A stretch of 64,000 nucleotides of DNA, from positions 3,286,001-3,350,000 of the forward strand of contig NC_047083.1 of NCBI RefSeq assembly GCF_902459465.1. Reading direction: 5' to 3'. Shown in pieces: positions 25,131 through 37,829 of this stretch (within the stretch, counting starts at the first letter, position 1; every line of letters starts with the position of its first letter). The stretch is from Asterias rubens. Taxonomy: Eukaryota. The notes below the pieces were generated by a model. The model ran no database searches, was not told the DNA's origin, and was given only the letters and a program-made list of their open reading frames with translations. Both the position numbers and the translations under genes were made by a program.

Positions 25131-25885
25131 GTAAAGGTATGCCGATCTAATTTATGTCCATGCCAGAAGTTTATTTATGATTGTGTGTTATTAACGTGTA
25201 TTGCATTGCATGTATAGGCTAGGCCCTATGGATAGTAAGTATTTCCTCCATGGATGGTAGACCATTAAAGTTGAACTGAATTGAATTGAATTGAATTAAG
25301 GCCACATAACAAAACATTGTTTATCGTCCCCGCCCGACCGTTCAAAACCCCCGACCCATATTTTCGTTTTATTTTATTTTTTTATTAATCATAAAAAATA
25401 TTTCTGGATATCTCTTTATACTTTTACTGCCCAGATTTTTCAGCTGATATTTCTTTTCAAAATGTACTGGTTTGAAAATATGTTTATATTTATGTTTGCA
25501 AAGCAAGAACAATTCTTCAATATTATTTACTTGGGCTACACTGTGCTTAGTTGTTTGAAAACGTTTACAGAAAATGTAATCTATGAGTTAAAATTTGTTT
25601 TTAAAAACAACTATTGAAAACATCAAAAACACACAAACCCTCTGTTTTATAGTGATTGTGATGATTTCTTTATTCTTGATTTCATATTTGACATGTCAAC
25701 AAAACTTTAACATAAGGTCTTAACCCTTTGTAAACACGTGCATAAAAATAGCTATGCTCCAGGGTTAAAGGTAGGCAAGTCCTTTACAGATGACCTTGGT
25801 TGCGACATTGTTATTGAATGTATGTGTACGTCGTGCAATCGGGAACTGTATACAGAGCCTATAGCCACGAATCAAAACAAAAAAC

Positions 25886-28800
25886 ATGGCCCTTTCGGCT
25901 GTACGATGTTCGGCTGTAATAAATGCCAGTAAGGCCCTACGGATGCGCTGCACAACAGACTTTGTAAGAAGAGCCACGGTCCCTGCTGAACGTTTGACTG
26001 AGAGAGTTGTCGGTAGAGTCAAGTTCCTCGGCCTAAGACAAATATATCCTAGTTTTCTGCAACGCTTTTCACCATGGTTAGGGCGAGATTGTATGTTTTC
26101 TACAAGGCCCGCTCGATATTCAACTCAATCTACCGAGCAGGATAAACCGTCGCCTCTAAAATTCAACGAAGTGACGAGGGACGATTCAGCCCGATGGTAC
26201 CGGATGGGAGTAGACAGCGGGTATGAGGGTAGATACCCATACGTCTGGTTGAGGGATAACTGCCGATGCTCTCAGTGTTACCACCCATCGTCCTGGCAAA
26301 GGTCTTCTGAAGTGGCTGACTTGGATCCAGACGCGATACCATCAAGCGAGGAGCTAACCGACGATGGCAGAGTCTTGAGGGTCATCTGGCCCGATGGGCA
26401 CCGCAGTGAGTTCAGCGCCGAGTGGCTAAATCGCCAGCGGTTCTCGGAGTCCGAGAAAGACGTGGTGAGTAGTCCGGAGTTGCAAACATGGGCAGGAGAA
26501 TTGAACGGGAACATACCGACTTTTAAGTTCGAGGAACTGATGAATGAAGACGAGGAGTTGTACAACTGGCTGAATGTTCTGAACACCAAAGGGCTAGCAG
26601 TTGTCAGTGGAGCGCCAACGGAAACAGGTGTCGTCCAGAGCTTGGCTGAGAGGGTAGCATTTGTGAAGACGACAATTTACGGGTAAGAAGTTGAGTTCGT
26701 TGTATCCTTTACTCTGTGTATCGTGGCTGTATATAATGTGCCTAAAATTGTAACATCTCGTTTCCAGGCGATGTTAGAACTATGTTATCAAAACACTATA
26801 AATCTGATCTAATGTGGCCGAGTATTTTTTTCCAGTTTTATTTTGTTTACGTATTTTTAATTATAATTTATTGTATTATTTTTTATAAAGCCCACAAATT
26901 GTGTTATTTTACATTCTAAATTTGTATGTTACCATTTTTTTTTCACCTCATTTTTAATTATTATAGTTCAACTGTATTAACCGTAGTTTAATGGGCCTGC
27001 CTTTATCCATGATGAGTATCTCACAGTGCAAACTAGTGTTTAGTGTACCCGTACCCCGGCTAGGTCACTTTGCATTGTAGTTGCGATAACGTAACCCTCC
27101 TCCTGGCGGCCGTCGGGAGGAGGGTTACTTAATCGCAACTATTTGCATTGTAGGTAGCCCCTTTCATACATGCTTGTGGTATACGTAGGCCTACCACTCG
27201 TACGTATTAATTTGTTTGGGGTTGACGACCCATCCCTGGTTGCCTTTATAACCTTTCGTATTGTACAGCACGGAGGATGTATCCTTGTATAGGGCAATGG
27301 GGTCGACCAAGTTCCTTTGTGGCTCCATCAGGCAGTTACTGTATTATCGTAATAATAATGCTGACCTCTGTATTTTGTGTTGTTGCATACAGCCACTTAG
27401 CACTATTAATAATAGTTAATCAGAAAATGTGTTTCGTATACACCGATGTGTGTAAAGCTCTGAAGGCCCTAAAGCTATACACTCGGCCAAAATGCTTGTG
27501 GAGTTTCTTTGAAAACAACTCCACATGCATTGTTCGGGCGGGACTCGAACCCAAGACCCCTGGCATCCCAGCAACTAGACCACCGCGATTGCCCAGTTGC
27601 TATAAATATATTATTGGCTCTTTTTATCTCTGCAGCCGATTTCACGAAACGCGTTTGCTTAAAGACAATGGACACAATTGGTAATTGTCAAAGACAAGTC
27701 TTCTCACTTGGTGTAACTCAACATATGCATAAAAAGATAAAAATTGAGCTCAATTGATCGTCGAAGTTACGAGATAACAATGAAAGAAAAAAACACCCTG
27801 GTTACACGAAGTTGTGCTGTTTTATCCGGATAAATTTAATCAATTATCAATCAATCGATCAATCAGTCTAAAATTATTGTTGTTTGTTTTTGTTTTCAGT
27901 GATACATTTCAAGTGTTTAGCAAGCATGAAGCAAGTAATCTGGCCTACACCCCCAAATCCCTTTGTCTACACATCGATCTACCGTATTATAAATACACAC
28001 CGGGTGTAAGTATATCAAAACAAATAAAGCACAAGAGAACCATTATGCTTATAAATTAATACCTAGAGTTCTTGTAGAGCGCATTCAATCATTCTTGCAC
28101 CGGTATCCCGCAGGACGTTGTCTCCACGAGTTTTCTTTCTCCACTCTTGCCCATCTTGCAATCTTCGATATGCCAGGTAGAAGGTGCTGTTCATGATGAT
28201 GCCATTTTCCCCGCTCCGAGGCCTACCGAGGCCTACCCCGTCTATTGTTTCCAGTCACTTGTTCAAGTAGGATGCATTTTGGGAGTCTGTTGTTTGTCAT
28301 TCTCACTATGTGGCCAAAGCGCATTACAATAACAGTATCAATGCGCTTATTATTACTTAAAAGGTGCCTTTAATAATGTGGATTTCACAAAGAGTTATAC
28401 GACTATAGTCTGACGAGTTACTCGTCCAAACTTAGGACTAGCCTTAAGTTTTTAATAACTCCCAAAGAGTCCTGGCTAGGACTAGTCCGAAGTAAAGACT
28501 ATCGTTGTGAATCGACCACGGTTCTATATGATGGTCTTCCTCAGCTTCATGGGGAGTACATCCCATTGCAGCCAGCTGCCCTTTTTGGCGCTCCAGCGGT
28601 TTTTTTCCCACACGTTATCAAACTAAATCCTCGCCGGTACCCATTTATACCCCTATAGATAAAGAGAAGCAGTCATGGTATATTGTTTCATGACCGGGAT
28701 TCGAACCCACACTCCAAGGACTTAAAGGCACTGGATATCTACTGGTAAAGAAACGGCCCGGGCTGCCCTCTCTGAAATAATGTAAAAAAAAAAATTAAGG

Positions 28801-30542
28801 CCATTTCTCACTCAAATAATAAAAGTTCAGCTGAAGCCCAATACTTTTTAAATAGGCGGCTAGGCATCCCTAACTAACCGATTTGGCTTTTGTCTTGATT
28901 ATTACAGATCCAGATGCTTCACTGTATTGAGCAGGCAGACTGCGCTGGAGGTCAGAATCAGTTTGTAGATGGTCTCAATGTATCACTCCAGGTCAAGAAG
29001 GAGTTTCCCGATACTTACAAATTCCTTAGAACACACGAACTGGATTTCAGAGATGCTGGTGTGGACTACCGAACGTACCACATGAAGTATAGAAGACCCG
29101 TCATTGAGTATGTACATTATTTCATTCAGCGTGTTCTAATTAATTGGAACCCCTCCGTGATTTACACCCGTTTTTAGACAGGCGCTCCAGGAGTCGCGCT
29201 GAAAAAAATTATGGCTTAAACAGGCATAGAAGTCGACATATTGATCGACTGTTGCGGTCGTTCGGAACATTCATGTGTGAAACCAAAACTTAGTTGGGTC
29301 GACCAACTAGAGTCGCTTCTAATCTACATGTAGTTGGGTCGGCATGACTCTGGCGAGCCTAGCTGAAGCGGACTTGACACTGCCGCGAGCAACTGGCATC
29401 CTCTTCTCATGAATTTAGTTATGGAGAGAATTGATACGCTTCAGAAACTTAATGTAAGATATGAGCAGCCAGGGCAAGGTCGATTACCCGCTGGATTTTT
29501 GAATTCATAGACTGATCCGCTGTCTTAAGGGAATTCTCCATAGACGTACACATGCGAGCCTTGTGATGAAGATCAGGGTTAAAACAAAGTTAGGTCCCCA
29601 AAACAAACTATCTTAGATAATGAGATTGTCCATTTTAGGATATCAACTCACGCAGGGCATTGTACTATTGAGAAAACCATTAGGCATGTATAACGACTCA
29701 GTGTCATCAGCCTTCGCAAGATATTTTTTTAAACAACTCTCACGTGCATGAATGTTATGCAGGCACGACAAGTACGGTGATTTTCTGTGTGTAAATTACA
29801 ACGACCACGTGAGGGCGCCCTACATGAGTCTTCCGGTGGAGAAAGTGACTGAGATGTACAAGGCCATCAAGATTTTCAATCAAGTCATGTATCGACCAGG
29901 TAACTTCGTTCAGCATCGGCTTGCTGCAGGTACGTAGATTAGACAATAAAAAACACATGACCATCCACACCCCTAAGAGTTTCCCCATGTATGCCTGGAG
30001 GTCGAGAAGCAATTATGGTTAAGTTATTTTTTGTTCAGCAGCATGTGGGGTGTCGTGGCCTAGCGGTTAAGAGCACCGGACTCAAGCTCTTGTGTTTCTA
30101 ATCAGCAGAGTGGGGGTTCGAATCCCCAGCCGTGACATTTGTGTCCTTGAGCAAGACACTTTTAACCATTGCTTCGTCCTTCGGATGTTTTAACGGCTTA
30201 AAAGCCGTTGGCCCCGTGTGTTGAGTAACGCACGTAACAGCACGTGGTGCAAATTTAAACGTAGTCACACTTTCCATGGAGGAAATAATGTATGTTACAG
30301 CGCAAGTATAGCGTCACTACTGAGTTACAGATAAAAAGCCACTTTTAGTATTGTTTTCATATTTTTCTTTGCCAGGTGAAATAGCAACTTTCAACAACGG
30401 TCGAGTTCTTCATGGCCGGAGTGGCTTCACCATCACGAAGGCCGGCAACCGACATCTCGAGGGCACCTACTTTGACTGGGACGAAACGTATTCACGCATG
30501 CGTATTATTCGAGAGAAGCTATTTGGTGATGAGCGTCTTTAG
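25886..30542 (+). CDS. BBOX1: Gamma-butyrobetaine dioxygenase-like paralogue B with a long basic N-terminal extension
   Basis: Exons 25886-26682, 27900-28005, 28908-29107, 29763-29929, 30376-30542. WLRDNCRCSQC...WPDGH, HIDLPYY, VLHGRS, RHLEGTYFDWD. Confidence 0.92.
30046..30320 (+). mobile_element. tRNA-derived SINE; related pieces at ~61290-61432 (-), ~28540-28720 (-) and ~24990-25130 (tail)
   Basis: A box TGGCCTAGCGG, B box GGTTCGAATCC, followed by CCTTGAGCAAGACACT. Confidence 0.8.
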
Positions 30543-31269
30543 TTTTGGGTGTTTGTTTAAACCATTTTAATCGGCCTTTCCCACGGATATACGCCTTATC
30601 GCAAATACTCGGTAGGCGCGCTGTATGCGTTAAATGAGGTGCATGCAGCTAGTCTAGCTAGCGCCCAAATTGTGATGTGACTTGGTTGTCTATTTGTTCT
30701 GGTCTATTGTTCTGGTTAGCACAGTTTTGTTATACAAAGGTTAGCGCCGTTTTATTGTACTATGTTGGTGTGCTTAAGCAGCTCTATAAAATTGGGACCA
30801 GTTGGCCGACACACAAACAATGTCTGCGCTAGGAACCAACCTCGAGCCCAGTACAAACAGGGCCCAATTTCATAGAGCTGCTAAGCACAACAATTTGCTA
30901 AGCTCGAAATTTCTTTCTGGATTCAAACGGATTACCAAACAAAATGTTCACGTGATTTTCAGGATAACCAAACAACAGCTGATTACCAGTAACAAACAAT
31001 ATGCAGCAAATGGAAATTTAATTGGTATAGGCCTATTTTCCTATTTAAAACCGAGGAAGAAATTTCATGCTAAGCAATTTATTGTGCTTAGCGGCTCTGT
31101 GAAATTTGGCCCCGGTGAGATGTAATCCTCAGTTTCCCCACAAGTAAGCCATTCGATGTGCAATTTACACGTTTCATTATGGGACACTGCACACACTCAC
31201 TCGAACCCACCGGCCAACATGGCAATTAAGCTTTTAGTTAACATTAATTTCGTTTTTGTGTATATCTTG

Positions 31270-34000
31270 TTTGTTTATGTGAATGCATTTCTGGTTCGCA
31301 GTTCATGAAATCCCAGCAAATCAAACGTATTATATTGAAGCTGTATATTTCTAAACAAAGACACTGACTTTATGTCCTCAGTAAGTCAAAAAAGACTAGT
31401 TTAAACCTGTAGCGATTTGCATAAGTGAGAGACATATAAGTTGGTGAATTTAATTATCTTGTTTGTTAAAACGAATGCATCGCTTGTGATCAGTTTATTT
31501 TAAATCTTCGGACAGAAATTCTTTAAAGTTTTAAAAACTGTCATTAAAGCGATGTGCCCTCCCAGACCCCTGCAACAACAAACATACATTTTACAAAAAT
31601 ACAAAAAATAAAAGCATGAATTTTAAAAATGTAGATAATAACATGTAAAAGTACAAAACACCACATTAAATTAAAATCATTAAACACCGAGCTGGCACAA
31701 ACATTATGGCAAGATAATGACAAATAGACCAAAACTGAACGCTGGTAGATAAAACAAAATATCACCCATCAAATTATTAAGAAACAAACCAGGCAAAGTA
31801 AATACATGTACAACAAATATGGAACGAATGTTAAAATAGAGCGACATTATAAGAAAAAAAAACACTATTTATAGCAGCTGTGGAAGATGTGTAAGTTCAT
31901 GTACATTTCCACCAAATCAAAAGTACTCCATTGAAGCTGTATATTTCTAAACATTGGCATATGTAGCTTTATGTCATCACTAAGTTAAGATATTAAGGTA
32001 TATTTGTTATGATTTAAATAATTCCATTAAAGGAAAACGTTGCCTTGGATCGGACGAGTTGGCCTATAAAAAAGTGTTTGTAACCGTTTGTTATAAAATG
32101 CATATGGTTGGAAAGATAATTTAAATGTAGAATACAATGATCCACACAAGTTTGCCTCACAATTGCGTGGTTTTCCTTTTACTGTGCGAACTAACACGGT
32201 CGGCCATTTATGGGAGTCAAAAATTTGACTCCCATAAATGGCCGACTGTGTTAGTCGACGAGGTAAAAGGAAAACCGTGCAATTTCGAGGCATGTTTATG
32301 TGGAACATTGTATTCTACTTTTACAGCATCTTTCTACCCATATGCATATTATAACAAACGCTTTTCAAAGACCAACTCGACCGATCCAAGGCAACGTGTT
32401 CCTTTAAAACCTTGTTTGTTTAAATGAATGCATTTCTTGCGATCAGTTCATTTACAATCCCACTAAATCAAGGGTATTCCATTGAAGTTGTTTTATTTCT
32501 AAACATAGGCATAAGATTTCTGTCCTATTTTAAATCAGTAGCGATTAGCACATTGAGAGATATTTTTTATGACTGAAATAGTTGTTTAAATGAATGGATT
32601 GATTATGAGTAGTTTACGAAATCCCACCAAACCAATGGTCTTCTATCGAGCTTTAATTCTAAACATTGTACGCATAAATTAGCTTTGATGTCGTCAGTAT
32701 GTCAATAAAAACAAGTTTAAACCAGTAGCGATTTGCATATTGAGAGAGAAATAATTCGGTTAATTCCATTATAATCTTGTTAGCAGTTCATGAAACCCCA
32801 CCAAACCAATGGTATTCAATTAAAGCTGATAAGTTCTAAACATCGTAGGCTAAGCTATGTCCTCAGTAAGTCAATATAACAAGTTTAACCATTTAGCCAC
32901 TGGACCGCCCAGCCGCCTATCGATATACTGTATGTGGTAGGAGGAAACCTTGCTAGCTTGTGTTTGTAGAAAAAAAGGAACGTCAAAAGAATCCTCGATA
33001 GTCATTATTAAGCTAATGAAGCTAATGGTGATGAAATAATTTAGCTCTTACCCCATCAAAACGCTCATTAGTAAACACAAAGGAAACTGTATTTATTCAT
33101 CATTCATGATAATATTGTCGAAAACTCACGCCTTCGCATTTATTTAGTGTAATAATTGAGTCAGATAAAAGCCTTGAAAAGCTATTATGTGTCCATTTTA
33201 TCCTTACAAACAATAATTCGCCATAAAAATTACCGTAGCCGTTTAACGAGAGAGATTTATTGTTCTCATGCGAACTTGTACTTTTATACAAATATCAAGG
33301 TTCAAATTGAGCATAAAAGTTAAGCTGTGGCTATCTTTTAAAATTTGAACTACGATTCCAGTAATTAACTGCAAGAATCTTGACATATTAGTTTTCAGCA
33401 AACTCGGGCGGTGCAGGGACTACATGGTTAAACCTGTAGTGATTTGAATATCAAGAGGAGATATAATTTAGTGAATTCCGTTGTCTTGTTTGTTCAAATG
33501 AATGTATTTTTAGTGAGCAGTTCACAAAATCTTACCAAACCAATGTTATTCTATTGAAGCTGGATAGTTCCAAACTTTGTAGGCTAATAACCTATGCCCT
33601 CATCAGTAATTACTGATGAGGAAGTCAATAAAAAACAAGTTTAAACCTGTTAGTAGTGATTTGAATGTTTAGAGGAGATATTCGTGAATTCCATTATAAT
33701 AATGTTTGTTTAAATGAATGCTTTTCTTGTTGGCAGTTCATGAAATCCCACCAAACCGATGGTCTTCTATCGAGCTGTAATTCTGAACACATACGCTAAG
33801 TTATGTCCTCGGTAAGTCAATACAAAACAAGTTTAAACCAGTATCACATTGATTTGCACATTGAAAGAGATTTGATTTAAATATGTCCATTATCCCACCA
33901 GACCAAGGGTCTTCTGTCGGGCTGTAATTCTGAACATTGATACGCATTAGCTTTGTGTCCTCAGTAAGTCAATAAAAACAAGTGTCACGGCCAGGTGTTC
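31270..34000. repeat. Degenerate tandem array with a ~170-200 bp unit, interrupted by MITEs; an outlying copy lies at ~40390-40540
   Basis: Recurrent motifs CAGTTCATGAAATCCCACCAAACC, GTCCTCAGTAAGTCAAT and GTTTAAACC(A/T)GTAGCGATTTG. Confidence 0.75.
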
Positions 34001-35113
34001 ATAAAAAAACACCCCCGTTTAATTTTGGTTAATTCCTGTTTTGCGTAGCGCCCCCTACGTTCTCATTTGTATTTCCCGCCGTTAGCGTCATTCTTAAATT
34101 GGCCGAACTATCATCAACATCTCTGTTCATCCAATTTACAGGTATGATTCTTATTTATTTTATTACATCTTTATGCATTATTTCTTAAACTTTCAAGTCT
34201 TACCTATTTTATCAATAGAATGCATGAGAATTTATTGTTTCTTTACATCAACATATATTTGCGCTATTTAGTGTATTTTTAATCAACGTTCTTTTGGTAA
34301 ACATGAGATAATGTGAATCGCCAAGATGGCGACCGGGATTTAGTTTTATTTATTTTCCATTTAAGCTATTCATAATTATTGTTTAACTATTATTGTTTAA
34401 CTATTATTATTTTGCTTAATGTAATTCTTAAATTGGCCGAACTATCATCAACATCTCTGTTCATCCAATTTACAGATTCGATCTGACAATAAATCATATT
34501 CAAGAGATCTGCAAATCCAGTTTCCCCGTGCCTTATTAAACAGTGACTTCTATCACACAAGTTTAAACCAGTAGCGATCTGCATATTGAAAAATATTTCA
34601 TTAAAGGCCGGGTACAGGTCTGGTTTTTACTAACAAAACAGTTGCTGGGAGTGTAAGCACTTAATGTAAGCCACCATATACATAAACTGACAAACCTGTA
34701 GAAGTTTGAGATCGATCAGCCATCTGGGTCCCGAGAAAATAGTGAAAAACCGATTACACATTTTGCATGAAATCATTGAATAGCCACGCACGGTCCAGGC
34801 TTGCAAATTTCCCTGTATAGATTTTTGAATATCGCCCTCATGCGTCTCAGCGCCGTTGGTACACTCATTCCCATTCAGGCTTTAGGGCGGAGGTGGCCGG
34901 CCGTTTGCGGTCGTCTACTGAAAGGCCACTGAAGGGTCATCCGCATATATAATGAGCTCTTTCACGTACGGCCATGCAACTGCACGTCGTGTGTGTGTGG
35001 AAATGTGTATGTATTGCAAACTGCGTGTAGGTAGGTGTACGTGTATAGACCATGTTACCCTTGTACAGTCAGTCGGATGCATGACCGTTATCAATAAATA
35101 ATAAGCTTGGAGA

Positions 35114-35545
35114 ACATGTTTTCAAAAATTCATTTCGGGAAAATAAAACACTGTAACGAAAAAAAAACATCACACAACGAAGCGATAATGTTTTATTGTA
35201 CCTAGAAAATTAATAACACGATTTTTTGTGTTAAAAATACAGAAATATGAGACCAAAAACATCACGGATTTTGTGCAGAAATAAGGGTCTCCGTAAGTCG
35301 TTTTTATAATATTTAAAACACAGCTATTCGCTGCGTATCTTATGAGCTTCTGCTTGGAGGACACGTTTTCAAAAATTCATTTCGGGAAAATTAAACACTG
35401 TAACGAAAAAAAACATCACACAACGAAGCGATAATGTTTTATTGTACCTAGAAAATTAATAACACGATTTTTTGTGCTAAAAATACAGAAATATGAGACC
35501 AAAAGCATCACGGATTTTGAGAAGAAATAAGGGTCTCCGTAAAAG
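35114..35545. repeat. 247-bp tandem duplication (two near-identical copies)
   Basis: Copies start at 35114 and 35361. Confidence 0.85.
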
Positions 35546-37563
35546 TCACTTTCATAATATTTAACTAAATTGGGCAGAATAATTTTCCTTAATGAGTGTT
35601 AGATACACTATTCATCTAGTATTTTACTATGTTCGTTTTTCCTAAGGAAACCCAAAACAGTCAAAAACCTTTACAGAATATGTCTTCGTCAGCGTAATCG
35701 TTTGAATCAAAATGTCCAGCATGGCTAAAAAATGAGAGCCCGATTGTGATTGGTCAGACTGTACTACGTTGCCTTCTTGACTAATCAGCTGCTGCGTAAG
35801 AAAACGCTAGGCAAGTTGATTGTGTGCGGCTTCCTACTTACTACGAGAAATCTGAAAGCTGTGTTTGGTAAACAGTGAGGTACCAGACTATTTAGCGTCT
35901 CGTGGTTTCGTTGTGAAGAAAAACTTGTACCCCATTGCCAGTCAGCTACTGGGAAAACAGTTTTGTTTTTCTTACATTTGGTCTCACAAACTTTTCACTT
36001 TAACTTTTCACTCAACAAATAACAATTTTACAGCATTTTTCAGATGCTAAAAAAATCTCATTGGTTTATACTCTTATTTCAGATGCACTATTTTCTTGTA
36101 AGGCATCACCGTCACGAGCCCAATCCCACATATTCATTTATTTATTTATTTGCACCTCTTGTGGGGGTTCAGTAGTCAAATTAATAGTTTTTAATACCAA
36201 CAAAATGAAAACTCTGTCACACTTTTTCCTGTTTTATGGAAACATTTATTTGTTTTCGGTTTCTTCTTTCAGCAGCATGAATGTCTCACACAGTTACCAA
36301 CATTTCCATGTACACACAATTATATAAAACAGAAAAAATACAATTATATAAAAGATTTACACACAAGTATTGTGGCAGTACAATTAAAAGTAATTGCAGG
36401 GACACCCAAGTAATTAGGAGACCTGTTAATTACCCAAGTTAAAATACTTTCCACTTGATACTTATTTTCTTGCTTTTTGTAGTATCACATCCAACTTGTA
36501 ATACAACTGTTAGGACATTTTGGAATGTTTAGTATTGCATAAAATAAGTTAAATATTAATAATGAAAATCCTGTAAAGCAATCATATGAACATTGCTTTT
36601 TACCTTCAAGGTACATTTTTGTATTACACAGAATCGGTAAGGATACAAAAATGTTGCTTTATTTCAGCTTTGACAATGAAATTCATACCAGAGACATTCT
36701 TTTCTGTGAAAAACTTCCCTCTGAAATTAAGTCATGTTCGACAAAACTGAATCTGAAAACCTCAAGAAAAAAGAAAAAAGGCATTAGCTGATCCCATCAC
36801 ATTCACTACTACTATTTTGTCAGCTCTACCAATCCTGTATAGTACCTTAAACACAAAAATCAGACACCTAAGTCCATGTACCTTGCTATAATAAATAACA
36901 AATAACATTAAGGGACACAGATTGGTTTTTGTCTATGTGACAGCCAAACCAAATTTTTAAAAATATCACCATAATATGTTCACATAAACATAGAGTTCAT
37001 CAATGTTTAGCGCTACCAACCACATATCTGGCAACAGCGGAACGATTCATACATGAATCAAATTGTTTCTCAGCTTCACATATTTTCTGATGACCAATTG
37101 TCCAAACCATATCATTTCGAAAATAATCTTTTCTCAAAACTATCAACAGCTGCAGTGTTTCCTACAAAGTATCAAGTAACTTTTTTATGGTCATTATTTG
37201 TTGAAGTATTTACATATCTATGACACTACATTTCAAGGAAAATTTTTCCGATTTTGCAAGAAATATGTTGCTCCTGGCTGGGTTACAACATCAGGAAGAA
37301 ACCAGTCACTGTTTAAGTTCCTCGGCAAGTACCTCGTGAAGGAATCGCCCAATACTTTAACTTGAAAAAACGGTAGGTCATCAAGAGTGCTAGGCCTGAA
37401 ATTGGAGGGAAATAGAAACAATAAGATAAATTTTCATTTTACTAAACTGTTGTTTTAACCAAGCCACATTAGAAAAAAGAAAAAACTAACCTTTTCTCCC
37501 CAACCAAACTTACCATGATTCAATTTTCTTCAAACAAATTTACAATACAAAATAAGCATGACC

Positions 37564-37829
37564 GGGGCCTAATTTCATGGCTCTGCTTACCGCAGTATTT
37601 TGTGCTTGCGATCACCATTACTTCACTTACTGTGCATGCGCAGAATTTTTGCGCTAGCGGTGTAAGCGAATAATGACTAGTATTTTAGTAACGTCGAGTA
37701 CACGCGTGCACATGCAAAAATTCACTGTTAACCTGTTAAATACGCTTGACATACGCGCAGAATTCCCTGCTTAAGTAAGCGCTGACTCTTTGCTTACGTT
37801 ACGGTAAGCAGAGCCATGAAATTGGGCCC
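37564..37829. mobile_element. MITE with TIR GGGCCCAATTTCATGGCTCTGCT (Harbinger-like ends); relatives at 4274-4520, 30860-31113 and fragments near 53.4 and 54.2 kb
   Basis: TIRs and multiple copies; superfamily assignment tentative. Confidence 0.75.

Noticed and set aside
30046-30130. tRNA gene
   Set aside because: A and B boxes are present but no complete cloverleaf was seen; it continues into a SINE body found in several copies.
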